From contig NMRA01001176.1 in NCBI GenBank assembly GCA_002633005.1, positions 1 through 42,884 of the forward strand: a DNA stretch of 42,884 nucleotides, in the 5' to 3' direction. The DNA is from Phoronis australis. Lineage: Eukaryota > Animalia > Phoronida. The position numbers were made by a program, and so were the translations under genes. Positions within the stretch are counted from its first letter, which is position 1. Each line of letters begins with the position of its first letter. Positions 11,901-25,199 of this stretch are shown here, piece by piece. Below the pieces are notes generated by a model. It made no database searches and was not told where the DNA came from. It saw nothing but the letters and a program-made list of their open reading frames with translations.

Positions 11901-13839
11901 AAAATGCCCAACGGTTGCGAACGGTCACCCCCTTAAATGAAACCGTGTGAACATGCCCCACAGCCGCCATCTTGAAAGTGACTTCCGGTTCAATTTTTAT
12001 AAAAGTTTATTAAACTCAACAAACACGTGACCAGTTTGAAAGTAATTGGTTTGCAAATACGCCCTCTACGGGAGAAAACGTTTTTGGCCATATTTCGGGG
12101 TGCGCATGCGCCACGTCCAATATTTCCGCCATCTTTAATTGGAAGTCAACAATTTTCTGCACAATCGTAGCACATGCGTTTAAATATATTCGTACTAATT
12201 TTCAGCCATGTAGGTCGATAAATGCGGCCTCTACGAGTATTTGACTGTGAAATCGGATACAAAATGGCCGCCACGTCCGTAGAGAGCGAACAAACAAAAA
12301 AAACTCCTTGTCAGACCAACATACTTGACGGAATTCGAAGAATTCCGCCAAGTAATCATGGTCACTTAACCCTAGGCTACATGAAACTGCAAAGTAAAAA
12401 ACTTTATCCGGCAAAACCAGGTTCAACCCCCTGGCTCCCGGACTATTTACATCAACTGCTCAGAAGAGGATCTCAAGATGATTTTGCGTAAATTGACCTC
12501 AAATAGTTAATGGGAACAAGTTAAACCATTTAGTCGATACATACACAAAAGCTTTAAACAAACGGCAGGAAATTGTTTCAGAAACAAGACGTTGCAAGCT
12601 AATATACAAACAGCTCTCTCAATTACATAGTACAGTGACATTGCTGCAACACTGTGCAGGTCAAACACTTATCACAATATGATGTCGTTTCAACATGGAA
12701 ATATAGTCAATAACAGGTAGATATTATTTCTCGACATAAATTCAAGTTTTCTACTCGTATGACCACTATATTGTGCTAAAATTATAATTCAAACTAAAGA
12801 GAATGGCAAAAATAATAAATGCTCCTATTGAGTATTGACTAAAGTAATTACCACAATCACCTGCTAGGCAATACCTAGGTGCCCACCTTGTAGCTTAGCA
12901 ACTGAGTAGATACCAAATGATCTTAAAACACATCACAAACTCAGAACTAATACATACTCTAACTGCTAAATTTATAAAAGCCAACTATAAATGCTTGATT
13001 TTGTATCAGATTTTAAAGTTGATTTATTGGATGAGTCTGATCGTCTTCCTCGTGTTTGTGTTTTTCACGGCTTCACTCAGTCACGGGATCACACTGTTCA
13101 CAGCACCAATTATGTCGTACGTGAATATGACAGAGTTAGATGGAAGGCTGAAAGATGTAGTCAGTTCATGGACACGTTTGTTGGTGGGTTCCAAGTATTC
13201 TCTAGTGATATTGCGAATCTTGTTAAGAGCAGTAGGATTGAAGACGCAGTTCAGTTGTTAAACGAAATGTATAAATCAGCTGCGTGTGATATGATTTTGT
13301 ACTCTAGTGCCGCTGTTAAATTTGTGAAAACCCAACCATCATGGTGGGATGAGGGGTTAGAGGTATTGAAAACAGAGAGAAATTGTGCTTTGTCTGGTTT
13401 CCGGTACTGTAATAATCAGGTTGATTTTAATAAGTACAAAGAATTGCGACAAAATTCAAAGTGAATTTTAAGTCGAAAGAAAAGTTATTTAAAGATGGCC
13501 TGAGAAAAAAACTTAAAATGAAATTTTAAACAATCCCAGAGCGTTTTGGCAGCTAGTAAAATCGTGCTCTAGGAAAATGACGTCAGGTACTTCTATTTCT
13601 GTCGATGAATGGTTTTGCCGCTTTCTGTCACTCTTAAACCAAGAAAATCCTGATAATGGACTTATGCTTTGACAAGTAGAAACAAACTTGGCAAGTCATG
13701 ATGTGTATTGTAATGACTGTCTGGTAGACGACCCAAATCAACTGAATCATGATTTTAGCGAAAATGAGATTTTTGTTGCTCTTCGGGACCTACCGAACGG
13801 TAAAGCTTCCGGTGTTGACGACATGTTTATGAACTCTTT

Positions 13840-15170
13840 CAGCCCATTTCATCAAGGTGGCTTAAAGTTAAATCTGGTTTAAATTGGACTTAGACTAGGT
13901 TTCAAGATAAACCGCATTTCATAAAGGTGGTTTAACTTTTAGACCTGGTCTAAGTCAGTTTTCACTTCACCAACGAGGACTACATTCCTTAGACCTGTAT
14001 TAAGATCTTAAACCAGTTTTAACTTTAGACTTGGTCGGACCCTGGTTTAATACTGTTAAATATGTTAGACTTGCACGATATAGATGCAACTGAATGATGC
14101 CACGGGGTGCATGTACGACGCAGTTTTAGAGCGATAATGGACTATTTTCACAAGACTAAACGTAGCAGGGACAGATCCATATTTTTTAAAGGATGTGGGG
14201 TCGGATCAAGGAGTTTTAAAAGGGGGTGCAAGTTAACAATTTGAAAATTGTAGATTCGGTATCAAGAAAAAAATGGGGTTCGGACCCCTTGACCCCTTGG
14301 ATCCACCTATGGGTACACCTGTACGTGTTGCAGGGTGTCCTTTGGATTCCTCAAATTACGATTGGTTGAGCTGGGCCTCATCGCCGTAAACGCTACGGGT
14401 TTGACTGAAGGCGACCTCCATTTGTTTCCGATTTAAAGTTCCCGGGCAGGGGTCTTGCCCCCCTTTGGCCGTAAGAAATAAACACTTAACTGACGCGGAA
14501 ATAAATTTGGGCATTTACTGTGTTGCGGCTAGTCATGAGCATGTACTTTAATGTGTGTACGTGTGTTGGGCACAGACGTTACACAATGAAAAATGTCCAC
14601 TCATGATGTCCTGTATCTGCCACTGGGTACCTCGCATTTTTCTTTGCAGTTTTTTCAATGATGGAATTTTCTTTATAGCCTTCATCTTTTTGTGATGCAT
14701 TTCCCCGATTGTGGGAACTGTGCAGCCAATCTGAACCAATATCTCTCCAAGTCTGCTGCTTACGTTGACTTGATTTGGCGCCTGTTTTCTTGCTCTCAAT
14801 AACATTGCCTTTTTCTCTGATCAGTTTCGGGAGGGATCATCTTTCCTCCGGAGAAAAACTTTTAGATTTTTCACAAATGTCTGCACTAATTCTACTAGTG
14901 TGTGCCATTGTACACTCACATGATCAAGGTTTCATTGAAGCACTTCAATAGTTTCTTTGTTGGGTTAATCCAGATCAACGCAGTAGGGTGGCTTGGATAC
15001 TTTAAACCTGGTTTTACTAAACCCGCTCCCTGGTCTATCATAACCAGGCTTTCAGACTTTTAAACCAGGTTGCTGAAATGCAAGTTAGGTCTAAAATTAG
15101 ACCAGATTTAGGAAGACCAGGTTTAAGTCTTAAACCTGGTTTTGTTATATCACCTTCATGAAATCGACTG
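13840..15170 (-). mobile_element. Non-autonomous PIF/Harbinger-like element with a Myb/SANT-like remnant
   Basis: TIRs CAGCCCATTTCATCAAGGTG / CACCTTCATGAAATCGACTG, TTT / TTA flanks, subterminal AAACCWGGTTT repeats. Minus strand about 14730-14870 reads SFSPEER*SLPKLIREKGNVIESKKTGAKSSQRKQQTWRDI (MSANTD3-type). The LINE reading resumes across it. Confidence 0.8.
14166..14311. mobile_element. CAGGG.C.GATCC-type MITE nested in the Harbinger element
   Basis: Ends CAGGGACAGATCCA / TGGATCCACCTATG, same family as 4439-4775 and 24602-24762. Confidence 0.55.
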
Positions 15171-16539
15171 TTAAAGTCCACCAAAGATTATATGACACCT
15201 ATTTTGATAAACACTTTTAATAGTGCTCTGCGATCAGGGGAATTTCCTCAGTCCTGGTGTAACGCTATATAATGGCCGTTGCATAAGCAAGGGGACGTCA
15301 ATGATGTAAATAATTGTCGGTGTATTTCACTCCTGCATGTTCTCGGGAAAATTTTTACGAAACTTATAAACGTTCGTGTAACAGATCGGGCCAACGATAA
15401 CGACTTATTTAACGAAGCTCAGGCTTGCTTCAGAAAAGGATATAGCACAATAGACCAAATTTTTACCTTACAAGGAATTGTTCATAAGTATTTGGATGTG
15501 CGCAGGGGCAGATTTTATGCTACATACGTGAATTTTTCTCAGGCTTTGACAGCATTTCACATACATTTTTGTGGAATACGCTAAAATTGATGAAAAGTAT
15601 GTATTCAAAGATAAGAGCGGGTGTAAGAACTGAACGTGGTTAACTGAATTTTTCAGTAATAATATTGGTAATCGCCAAGGGTGTACGCTTAGTCTTTTTA
15701 TTTAGTATGTATTTGAACGAGTTTGTTGATTACTTAAAAGAATCTTTAAATAGCGGATTTTACGTAAATGAGAATGTACCTCAAATTTGTATGTTGCTAT
15801 ACGCTGATGATATGGTTGGTTGTGCAGAGACAGCATTTAAACTACAGCAACAAATCAACGTTCTGCATGAATACTGTCAGGATTGGGGTATGAAAATCAA
15901 CTTCACAAAAACAAAAATAACGGTATTTAGAAAGGCGGACCATTGAGAAAATACGAAAAATGGCATTTTGGAAATGACAAAATTGATGTCGTCTTATCAT
16001 ATAAGTACCTCGTTATTTGCCTTACTCCTAAGTAAGTTTGGACGGAAGCTACGGAAACTTTGTCTCACCAGGCACAGAAAGCAAATCTTTTCAATAAAAC
16101 GTTTTCAGTCAAAATGTGGACAACTTTCACCGAAAATTGAAATCGAAATTTTTGATCAAATGGTATACCTAATCATTAGCTATGGCAGTGGGATTTGGGA
16201 TTTAAAGAATATTCTAGTATCGAGCACGTCCAATTGAAATTCTGTAAGCAACTGCTGGGTGTTGGAAATAACTGGGAACTGGGAAGGTATACAATTTATG
16301 CAAAGCTGTTCGTTAAACTGATCAAGTATTGGTTTAAATTGTTGAAAAATGCCAGGATATCGAAATCCAAAATCTGTCCATGACAAGCTTGTCACATTGG
16401 ATGAGATTGGTAGGAAAAATTGGGCTGCATCTGTAAGGGATTTGCTGCAAAGATGTGGCTTTGGATTGGCACATGTATGGCACAATCAGGGAGTTGGCTG
16501 CGAAGCATCTTTTCTTGTCATTTTTGATCAGCGAATTAA

Positions 16540-17456
16540 AGATTGTTTTTTGCAGGACTGGAGCTTTTCTGTGGAGAATAGAATGTACAAAATCAAGTTT
16601 AACAACGGAAAGTGTGTTTGAAATTGTTAAGCAACAAGGGTTAGACGAAGATTTGGAATTTGTTATAATTTGGTTTCGGGATGGAATAGCGCCTGATCCG
16701 GATGTGCTGTTGTTATCATCGGAGACAGCCAAAGTTTACTGGACAAATAAATAATTATTCTCGGATGCGAATGTGCTTGTTTTACGATCACGACGTAAGT
16801 AAACGTCCGTTAATTTTGGTTCCGCCGAGTTTGCGGTGTGAAATTATCCGGGTTCATCGCGATCTTCTGTCTGCAGCACCAGGGCCAGGAAAGGATTCAT
16901 TCAAAAATCCGGTTAAAATATTATTGCCGTCAAATGCGGAATGACGTCATCCGGTTTGTTGAAAGTTGCGCTGTCAGTAATGAGAGAAAGGGAGTTGNAG
17001 ATTGTTTTTTGCAGGACTGGAGCTTTTCTGTGGAGAATAGAATGTACAAAATCAATTTTAACAACGGAAAGTGTGTTTGAAATTGTTAAGCAACAAGGGT
17101 TAGACGAAGATTTGGAATTTGTTATAATTTGGTTACGGGATGGAATAGCGCCTGATCCGGATGTGCTGTTGTTATCATCGGAGACAGCCAAAGTTTACTG
17201 GACAAATAAATAATTATTCTCGGATGCGAATGTGCTTGTTTTACGATCACGACGTAAGTAAACGTCAGTTAATTTTGGTTCCGCCGAGTTTGCGGTGTGA
17301 AATTATCCGGGTTCATCGCGATCTTCTGTCTGCAGCACCAGGGCCAGGAAAGGATTCATTCAAAAATCCGGTTAAAATATTATTGCCGTCAAATGCGGAA
17401 TGACGTCATCCGGTTTGTTGAAAGTTGCGCTGTCAGTAATGAGAGAAAGGGAGTTG
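16540..17456 (+). repeat. 458-bp tandem duplication separated by a single N (probable assembly artefact)
   Basis: 16540-16997 and 16999-17456 differ at about 3 positions, with N at 16998. Confidence 0.9.
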
Positions 17457-17950
17457 TTCGGAAAGCACGAACCACTTATGTAAAAAACCAAGCCGGTTGC
17501 CCAATGGCACGGGTTCATATTGAGTATTTAGGTCCATTGCCAGTGACGGAACGTGAAAATTATCATATTTTGGTGGTTGTTGACCAATTTACAAATTAGA
17601 TCAAATGCATTCCGGTACCTGATCAACGGTCGGAAACTACAGCCCGGGTGGTCGCTGATCAAATATTTTCGCGTTACTGGTGTCCTCTACAAATCTTCTC
17701 GGAGAGGGGTTCGAACTTTCAAAGTGAAGTGTTTAGATCGGTGTGTGCTCCATTATGTAAGCACCAACGGCTTACCGACCTAGCGCCAATGGTCAAACGG
17801 AGAGGGTAAGCCCGGCGGACCAAAATGAACGCTATTCTGTGCTACGTGCGCCACATTCTCGTGTGAGCCGGTCAACGGGGTTTGCAACGAACCAATTGAT
17901 GTTGGGTCGGCATGTTATGACGATGTAATGTTTGCAATTTGATCCGAAAT
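16590..17950 (+). mobile_element. Gypsy-like LTR retrotransposon integrase fragment (decayed)
   Basis: LILVPPSLRCEIIRVH, HQGQERIHSKIRLKYY..QMRNDVIRFVESCAVS (HHCC zinc finger), PMARVHIEYLGPLP, ILVVVDQFT, GSNFQSEVF, NGQTER. Confidence 0.85.
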
Positions 17951-18973
17951 TTTAAACCAGGGTTCGTCCGAGTTCGCTTTCATTAGTATCACACGCGATA
18001 GAATATTTAGGAATCATGCGGTCTAATTTATTAATTTGTTTAGGCAGCAAACAGCTGGCTTCTCAAAGAGAAACATGTTTGTAGTTTTTGTTAAGAAAAT
18101 ATTTTTTGAATTATCAAATCGTGCAGTTACTTAAGGCTCTTTTTATTAGAGAATAAAATAGTGTAGCGGGGATGTTATATGCACTATTGTGTGTATAGGT
18201 TTTGTGAATGGTCGCCGGTGTCGACCTGACGGATAAAGGCTCGGTTGTTTTGTCTTGAAATTCGAGAAATGAAACGGAAAACCCAGCATCGGGAGAAGCA
18301 GGAGAGTTGAATTGGTTAAAAACATATTTCGTGTTTATTATTGTCGTCGTAAATTACAAGCAGGGATGACGGTAAAGAATTTATAGAAAACTACTGAACA
18401 CATAACTAAATGCACGGCGACACACAGCAGACCAAAGGAAGGCGCAAAAACAACACAAGTACTAAATAATATACAGACTTCCAACCCAGTATCTAAAGCA
18501 CAATAAAACCAAGGCAATGTAAACAAGCAGTACAAACTACCACGGCAAAATCTACCTATTAGTAACTTCAATAATTTTTCGACTATTACAAATATATTCA
18601 AAAGTAACAAAGTAATGATCAGAAAACAAACTTGAAAAAACCCTCTGAACAATCATCGTATCCACAGGTTAGGAATCATGACGTACCCAGCAACCTGCGA
18701 CCAACACCCTCAAAATACCATCCATTATAATATCTAGTCTTTCATAATGAGATAAAATGGGTATACTCATGAGACAATTCCTACGCTAAAAGTTGAGGTT
18801 TTGTTAGAACGCGGTAAGCGAGCCTAAGTCAGACTGTGACTAACCAGTCACAATTGATTCATACTACTTACATGGCCGCGATGCAGAAGAAAATCTTCAC
18901 TGGATACTCCGGGAGTAAACTGCGCACGCTTTCTCGTCCACTGGGGTGCAAATACTCTTAGCATAAGATTTGA

Positions 18974-20798
18974 AACTCTAGCCCTGGAATGCTAACTCCG
19001 GCAATTGACCTGTACATGTATGTGTTCTATCATTAGAGTTTGGGACCTCGAGACAAGACGCGAGAGTTACATTTAGCAATGAGAATTTGCAGCTGCCTGC
19101 TCTACTGAGTTTTGTCAGAGAGTTGTAATTATTAAACTAAGCCTGATTTCATTGTTTCCTTTTCATTTTGTTGTTAATGTTGATCAAGCGAGACTCTTGA
19201 AGAACGGTTCCATACAATAAGCGACTTCTCGGTAAAATTAATCAACAAACCTGACAATTAGGCTACACTGGTAATTCTTTACAAGTATCTACCTGTGGCA
19301 ATGGGCGGCCTCTCATATCTTTTCAGCCCCAGTCATAGAACCACTTTCTATAACCTATCATTCTACATGACGAGTTTTCCAACAAGACATTTGTGGGTGT
19401 TACAATGATGTTACAGTATTTTGCGGAACGAACCTATCTAAGTTGCCCAGATGCCGTAGTATTTACCAACACTGTATACCCGTGGGAATTTTAAAAACGA
19501 AAAGTTTTCCATGTAAATGAACCCCTATCCGGTACTTCGTGTTGGTGACAGCGTACAGTGTATTTGCCAATTACGCTGCTCTTGGTAGACTGTCCCACAT
19601 TTTCATTTTTTCCGCCATTCCGCCACGCCATCTGAATGACACACAGCCAAATTTACATACTATTGCAGTTTTCACATTTTCCCAGTCGACTATAAAGAAA
19701 AAAAACTGCACGTTTCGTTGGATTTTGCGGAAGCTGGAATTTCCCAACTACAAAACAACGAAAATAAACGCTGTCGGGAATTTTTGGATGTTACGTCTCC
19801 CGTTCTACAAAAATACTGTCGGTACGTCTTCGTGTGTTGCAGTGAACATTTCACCCTTACGTTTTGGCTTATACCCAGATGTTCCGCTTGTTATCCTGAA
19901 GTCTCCTTTTTCAACCCAGTTGTACCGTTTTTTCGAACTTGAATGTTGACTGTGACAACTCTGCAACAGGTATTCACAATAACATTGTGTCTTTTTATGA
20001 ATATTTCTATTTTCCAGAGTCAACTTTCTTTAGTAACAAAACAATCGTAAAAAGGGTTCCAATGTCTCTTGGTTACGGTAACATACATTACATATGTCAG
20101 GATCACTAACGTTTACTTTCTGAAGAACAGAGTTCATTTCTAAGCTTTTTGGAAAGTCACACACTGCACCCAGTATGATGAGCTATTCACAGTGCATTTC
20201 AAAGCTACGTGTTTCTATATTTTTCATCTATCAGAAAATCTTCATCAGCAAATTTGGGATAGATATAGTTCGATTAGTAATTATCACATTTTTCGTAAAA
20301 GTCATTACATTCTGAAGTTTTACTGAATAGTTGAATCAAACGGCGCCTAAGGTCCAATTATTTATAATATATAAAGATTATGATATTGTACGAATGCCTG
20401 ACTAAAATATCCACAAAATGTGAGAGACCCATAATCTAAAACCATTGTTTTTATATGGTAGAAATCTTTTGACATTATTTTCCTAATGGATTAACTAATC
20501 ATTTATACAATCTCTGATAAATTTCCTTTATTATGTTACTATTACATGTTGTTTTTTTGCATTTTGGTAACACTCTTGGGTTTAGAATGAAAAAAATACT
20601 TTTAAACCAGTCAAGTTTGCGAATTAAATTGTCTTTTGCTTCTTAAATGATCACCAGGAACAGATGAAGGGCTTTAACGACAGTAAATTCTATAGCTATT
20701 ACACACACCGGGAAAAAACGAATGCGAACAACTCTCACGCGTGCGTGGCGCAACCTCAGAGGCCACGTAATCGATGTTGGCATTCCAGGGCTAGAGTT
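18974..20798. mobile_element. TIR-bounded element or inverted repeat pair, possibly Academ-like
   Basis: AACTCTAGCCCTGGAATGCTAAC at the left and GTTGGCATTCCAGGGCTAGAGTT at the right, with further weak inverted similarity inside. No clear TSD. Confidence 0.45.
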
Positions 20799-22253
20799 CT
20801 ATGGCCTAATGTAATTCCCACATGGAATCCAGGCAAATACTTTTATATGTAATTAATATGCCACAAAAGTGGGCCTATTTATTAGAAACAGTGGACTAAA
20901 GTGAACAAGAATATAATTTTTGAGAAAAGAGGGACAACTGATTGCTTCCTTAGAAAATACATACATAACACACTAGTATGGCGAGAACTTTCAACAAAAG
21001 TGTTATTTTCTAGGTTAACCTAAGATAGAGCATACGTTAAAAAATTGCGGGCACTACAAATGTATCATTATCCAGAAGCCATGCGATATATTTTGTTGTA
21101 CTTGTTCTATGTTTTATAGGCTATAATCACCAACAAAATCAAAATAATGGTGATTTAGTCCACAGCCTACAAGGGCTATATCCTACAGCGCTAGAATACA
21201 GGAAATCACCGACTGAAGTCAACAACAAAAGCAAAATGTTTGGTCAAAACCACATTCCATGCGATATATAATTAGAAGGAAAAACAATGTGAAAATGAAA
21301 CAAATAAGTCGAATTCAGCCTGGATATATTGGTCCGCTTTCTGGGCTAAATATTTGTATTTAATATATTATCATATATTCGTGTAGAAATAAATAAAAAA
21401 CTTCAGAAAGATTCATGACGAATGAAGAAAGGTGTGCCTACCAGCAATCACTTAAAATGAATCTGATTAAAACCAAGAGTTTGTGTTAAATCTCGTGTAA
21501 GCACATAGGAAATTTCAAATGCTTTATAAAAGCAGTTATCTTTTGACCAAAGGCCATTAAATCCATAGACAGGCTCGGCAAGCATTACTGCAATTAAAAT
21601 GACACCAAACACCGCTTTGATGATATCAACAAATCCTCGTTCTGTAACCTGCTAATGCATCATTGGCGTCAATCTTAAAGGATGAAAGCATGAATCAACT
21701 AAAATTCACACTCCGTATGCCATAGATTGGACATTATAGTTCTTGCTAAGTGGTCTTTTTCTCCAGTTGCCGTGTAAATCGCTGAATGACTAAGTTAGGC
21801 TTGGCCGTTTCAGACATTGAAGCAGTTTTTAAAATTTTCTCCAAACGTTTGTGGGTTGTCAAGGGCTAGAGAGCATTATTTTGTACCGTTGTTTTCAATA
21901 TCTGTTCATACATGTTAGTTCAAGATCGGGCTAGGTATCCTCTTAAAGAGACTGATCTAAGAAAATGTTTGTGGGCATTGGATGGTCATCAAACAGGTGT
22001 GGGCAAGCTGAGGAAGGACACAACTTGTAGGTAATAGGAATAATCTAATAAGTGGAAATTTTCAATTAAACTTTGTATAAGGGAACATAAGGAGATAATG
22101 TAATGAAAATCATCACCATGCCAACCATCACAAGGCGAAAGGGTTCTAACCAAACACAGTCGTACGAACAACACTAAGAACACTAAGAACACAACGGCTT
22201 AGCGTAACGGCACGTTTTCTTTGAAATACTTCAACAGTGCCCGCACCAGTTGG

Positions 22254-24414
22254 TTACATCTTGGTTGTTTCTGAATCATTTAACTCCGAGCAGTTGTTGT
22301 AATCGCTACACTCACTCTTAGAGGTCTTCCGTTGACCTGCGTTGCTGGATAACGAACTATTGGGGCTAGTTCTCCTTGAAACAAACTTACGGTACTTCAA
22401 AAAGATAGTTTTCGTGCATATAAAAGCAAAAAATATGAAGAGCCCTTGCAGGGAATTGAACGTGATGAACAGATACCATAACACGTGACTTCCAGTAAGA
22501 GCTCCTAAATAGCCAAAGATCCACGTGCTTCCCATAACAGTGGAAAGTTTAACTGTTATCAGAAACACGCGATTATTTTCACCTTTTTCTTGATATTCTT
22601 TCTGACTTGACGTTTGACTTTTATAAGCTGGATAATAGTTAACACAATGAAAGTGTTATTGATGAATATGAGAATCGCTAAAGGCATCGCAAACCCATAA
22701 AGAATTGCTTCGAATCCGGAAATCCAGCACATTTTCTCGTCTGCGTATCGGAAAGGTACTTCAGTGGCGAATTCCAAGACAATGCATGAGGCAATAATCA
22801 ATAAAGGACTCAGCAACGAATACATCGCGTACTTATAAATTGCATACGAAGATGGTTTTTGTGCCTTCAAAACGTTATGAAAGGTTTTGAAAACACAAAA
22901 ACACATACTGTTCATCCAAAAGAATGCGCACAACCACAGAAAATGTTCAACTACAGCCACTGTCTTACATAATGCTGGAATTTCAGTACGATCAATTGCG
23001 GCTAACATTATGAGTTGTGCCATAAAAAGTGTTATAGCGAGGTTCATCATAATTTGACCAGGCAGTGTTCGAAGTTCCTTGAAAAGTGCGTACGTCATCA
23101 CAAATATTGCAAGTCCACACAAACTGATCAGGCTTCCGGCAACCGTCAGTTTGTACTGAGCTTTGTTGTATTCAAAAAAACGTAAACCAGACCCATTCGT
23201 AAACGGATTGCAAACATACAATAAATTGCCTTGAATGAAGTAGTCACCTGGCTGAAACGACAAACCAGAGTTTACATATGCAATATCGTCCTTCACTTCA
23301 TACTCGTCATCTCTGTATCTGATCATTGGACACTTAAGATCGAAAGAATTATTGGCGGTATTGGTATGATTCAAAGACGTATTGCTCAACTTATTTATAT
23401 TCACAGTTTCATTTCCGCACGATCCATCAAGCATTCTCCATTTTCTCCGTGGGCAAACTAATGGACGACATTTCTTTGCCAGTTTGTCATAGACGCTGTT
23501 TTCAGAACAGGGCACAAATGGCCTACTTATCTTACGACTAAATTCGTCGCTCATCCCTGTGAAATCTATTAGATGCGAAAATCCCCAATATCCATCAATG
23601 GGGAGTGTCCGAGGGTCAACACAAAATAGTCTTCGCCATCCTCCACGAGTACAACGCCCGAATTTCAACTTCACGACATCATCATCAGTATCGGGGAAGT
23701 AGTCTGAGAAATACATGTATGACCAACACTCTACCGCGGTACGAGGGCAACTGTTCCTACATCCTGTGCTCTTAGGTTCCACGAGTACGTTACAGTTGTG
23801 TGTGAACGATGGTACCTTGTAAACTAACTTAAAACCGCTCGAGTTGTACAGTTTTCGTATCAGTGCCGTACCGGTAAGATTTTTCACAGTGCTATAAAAC
23901 AGCCGCTTTTGCTCTTCGTATGACTTCATATTGTGGATTTCAAAGCTGCTTCGCCAAAAGGCTCCCCCTTGAAGAAGTTGTGACACTTCCACACGATGAC
24001 AGATTGCGCAATAGATGTTCCGGAAGGAGTAGTACCTCCCATCTTTCAAATATCCGTTCACAGGCAAAACCTGGAACACGTCGTCATTGTTTTTAGAGTG
24101 GCACTTGTTAGTAATAATCGCGTCGTTAAAATCACCAGGACAACGCGAGATGAGTATACTTCCGAAAGACGCAGTGGCAAAATCTAACTCAAGACACTCT
24201 GTGTAAGGTTTGATTGATGAGAAATTCTTTGCACTTGGTTTGTAATCGTGACAACAATCACCGAAATCGGTACAGAACTGATCACAATAACACACTTGTA
24301 TCTGACGTTGTTCCCTATCTTCTACGAACGGCGATGAGCAAGAAATACCACAGGCCTGATACAACGATGGCTTAGAAGGCTGAGAATCACAGGGAACTCC
24401 GCACGTTTGGAACA
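22254..24414 (-). CDS. Family-B Methuselah/adhesion-like GPCR, large coding exon (somatomedin-B-like domain, Cys-rich ectodomain, 7TM) with one frameshift
   Basis: CYCDQFCTDFGDCCHDY (24242-24292), FRNIYCAICH, LRTLPGQIMMNL, CKTVAVVEHFLWLCAFFWMN, CWI, then VKLSTVMGSTWIFG and FNSLQGLFIFFAF in another frame. Acceptor TTTTCAG| before 24414. One extra base in the T5 run at 22584-22588 restores a single frame. Confidence 0.88.
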
Positions 24415-24601
24415 CTGAAAACAGCACACGTCATTGGGTATCTATTGCATGTAAGGTAGTGTTTACTTGATAGGTGTTAAACTACAAGTCATCTTCGAAT
24501 CACAAAACCAATGACGTTTACACCACAATAAGTGTAGACAAATGTTGCTCATATGTGCAGTCCTGCTCACATGTGTGCGCCTCTATCAATGTTTTGAAAG
24601 C

Positions 24602-24762
24602 CAGGGGCGGATCCAGGATTTTGAGTTAGGGGGTGGGGGCAGGGCAGAGTATTGGTCAGAATTTTGCCCGTCAAACATATGCACTCCCGAACTGCCAACT
24701 GGAAACTGTGAGAATTTTAGGGCGGGGCATGGCCCCCTTGGCCCCCTCTAAATCCGCCACTC
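24602..24762. mobile_element. CAGGGGCGGATCC-type MITE
   Basis: Ends CAGGGGCGGATCC / AATCCGCCACTC with 5-bp TSD AAAGC. Confidence 0.75.
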
Positions 24763-25199
24763 AAAGCGCCCATGCATAGACGACAATAGCCCATGAACAC
24801 ATCTGTTCCAAAGACGCAAGAATCATGACAAAAGCAAGATCCCACAAAACTATACAAAATCCGCTTCCGTTTATTGAAAAACACTCATTCCACATTTGCA
24901 AGCTTAACTGAATTTGACACGATTGTTAATTATAGTATTTTTTTTCATCATGCACTACCACCTAAAGTAGCTGCCATCGTCAGTGACCTGTCCCAGATGT
25001 GTGGCAGGTTGAATATCAAGCCTCCTCTTTGGTTCAAAGGTGGATTTTCAATTCTTTCATATATACCCTCCATGACTCCCCGTTCAAACTTATTTTTCTC
25101 CTCGTCGAGGATTTCTACATTGTCAAGGTCAAAGCTGATAGTAGGTTAATAGGCCTACGCTAGAGTCATAAGTGTCACGCTGATCCAGATTGGAGAAGA

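Larger units (their letters stand above)
12990..16590 (+). mobile_element. Decayed non-LTR retrotransposon (LINE) ORF2 / reverse transcriptase, interrupted by a Harbinger insertion
   Basis: Motifs PSWWDE, GKASGVD, GEFPQSW, PLHKQGDVNDVNN.R.ISLL..LGKIF, QACFRKGYSTIDQIFTL, LLYADD (YADD at 15800-15811), GMKINFTKTK, YGSGIW. Many stops and frameshifts. Confidence 0.9.

Noticed and set aside
18162-18700. TGTAGCGGGG as a possible LTR start after the Gypsy fragment
   Set aside because: No second LTR, PBS or clear PPT found.
19400-20030. Overlapping ORFs with coding-like composition
   Set aside because: No motif or coherent splice structure, and they lie inside an inverted-repeat-bounded element.
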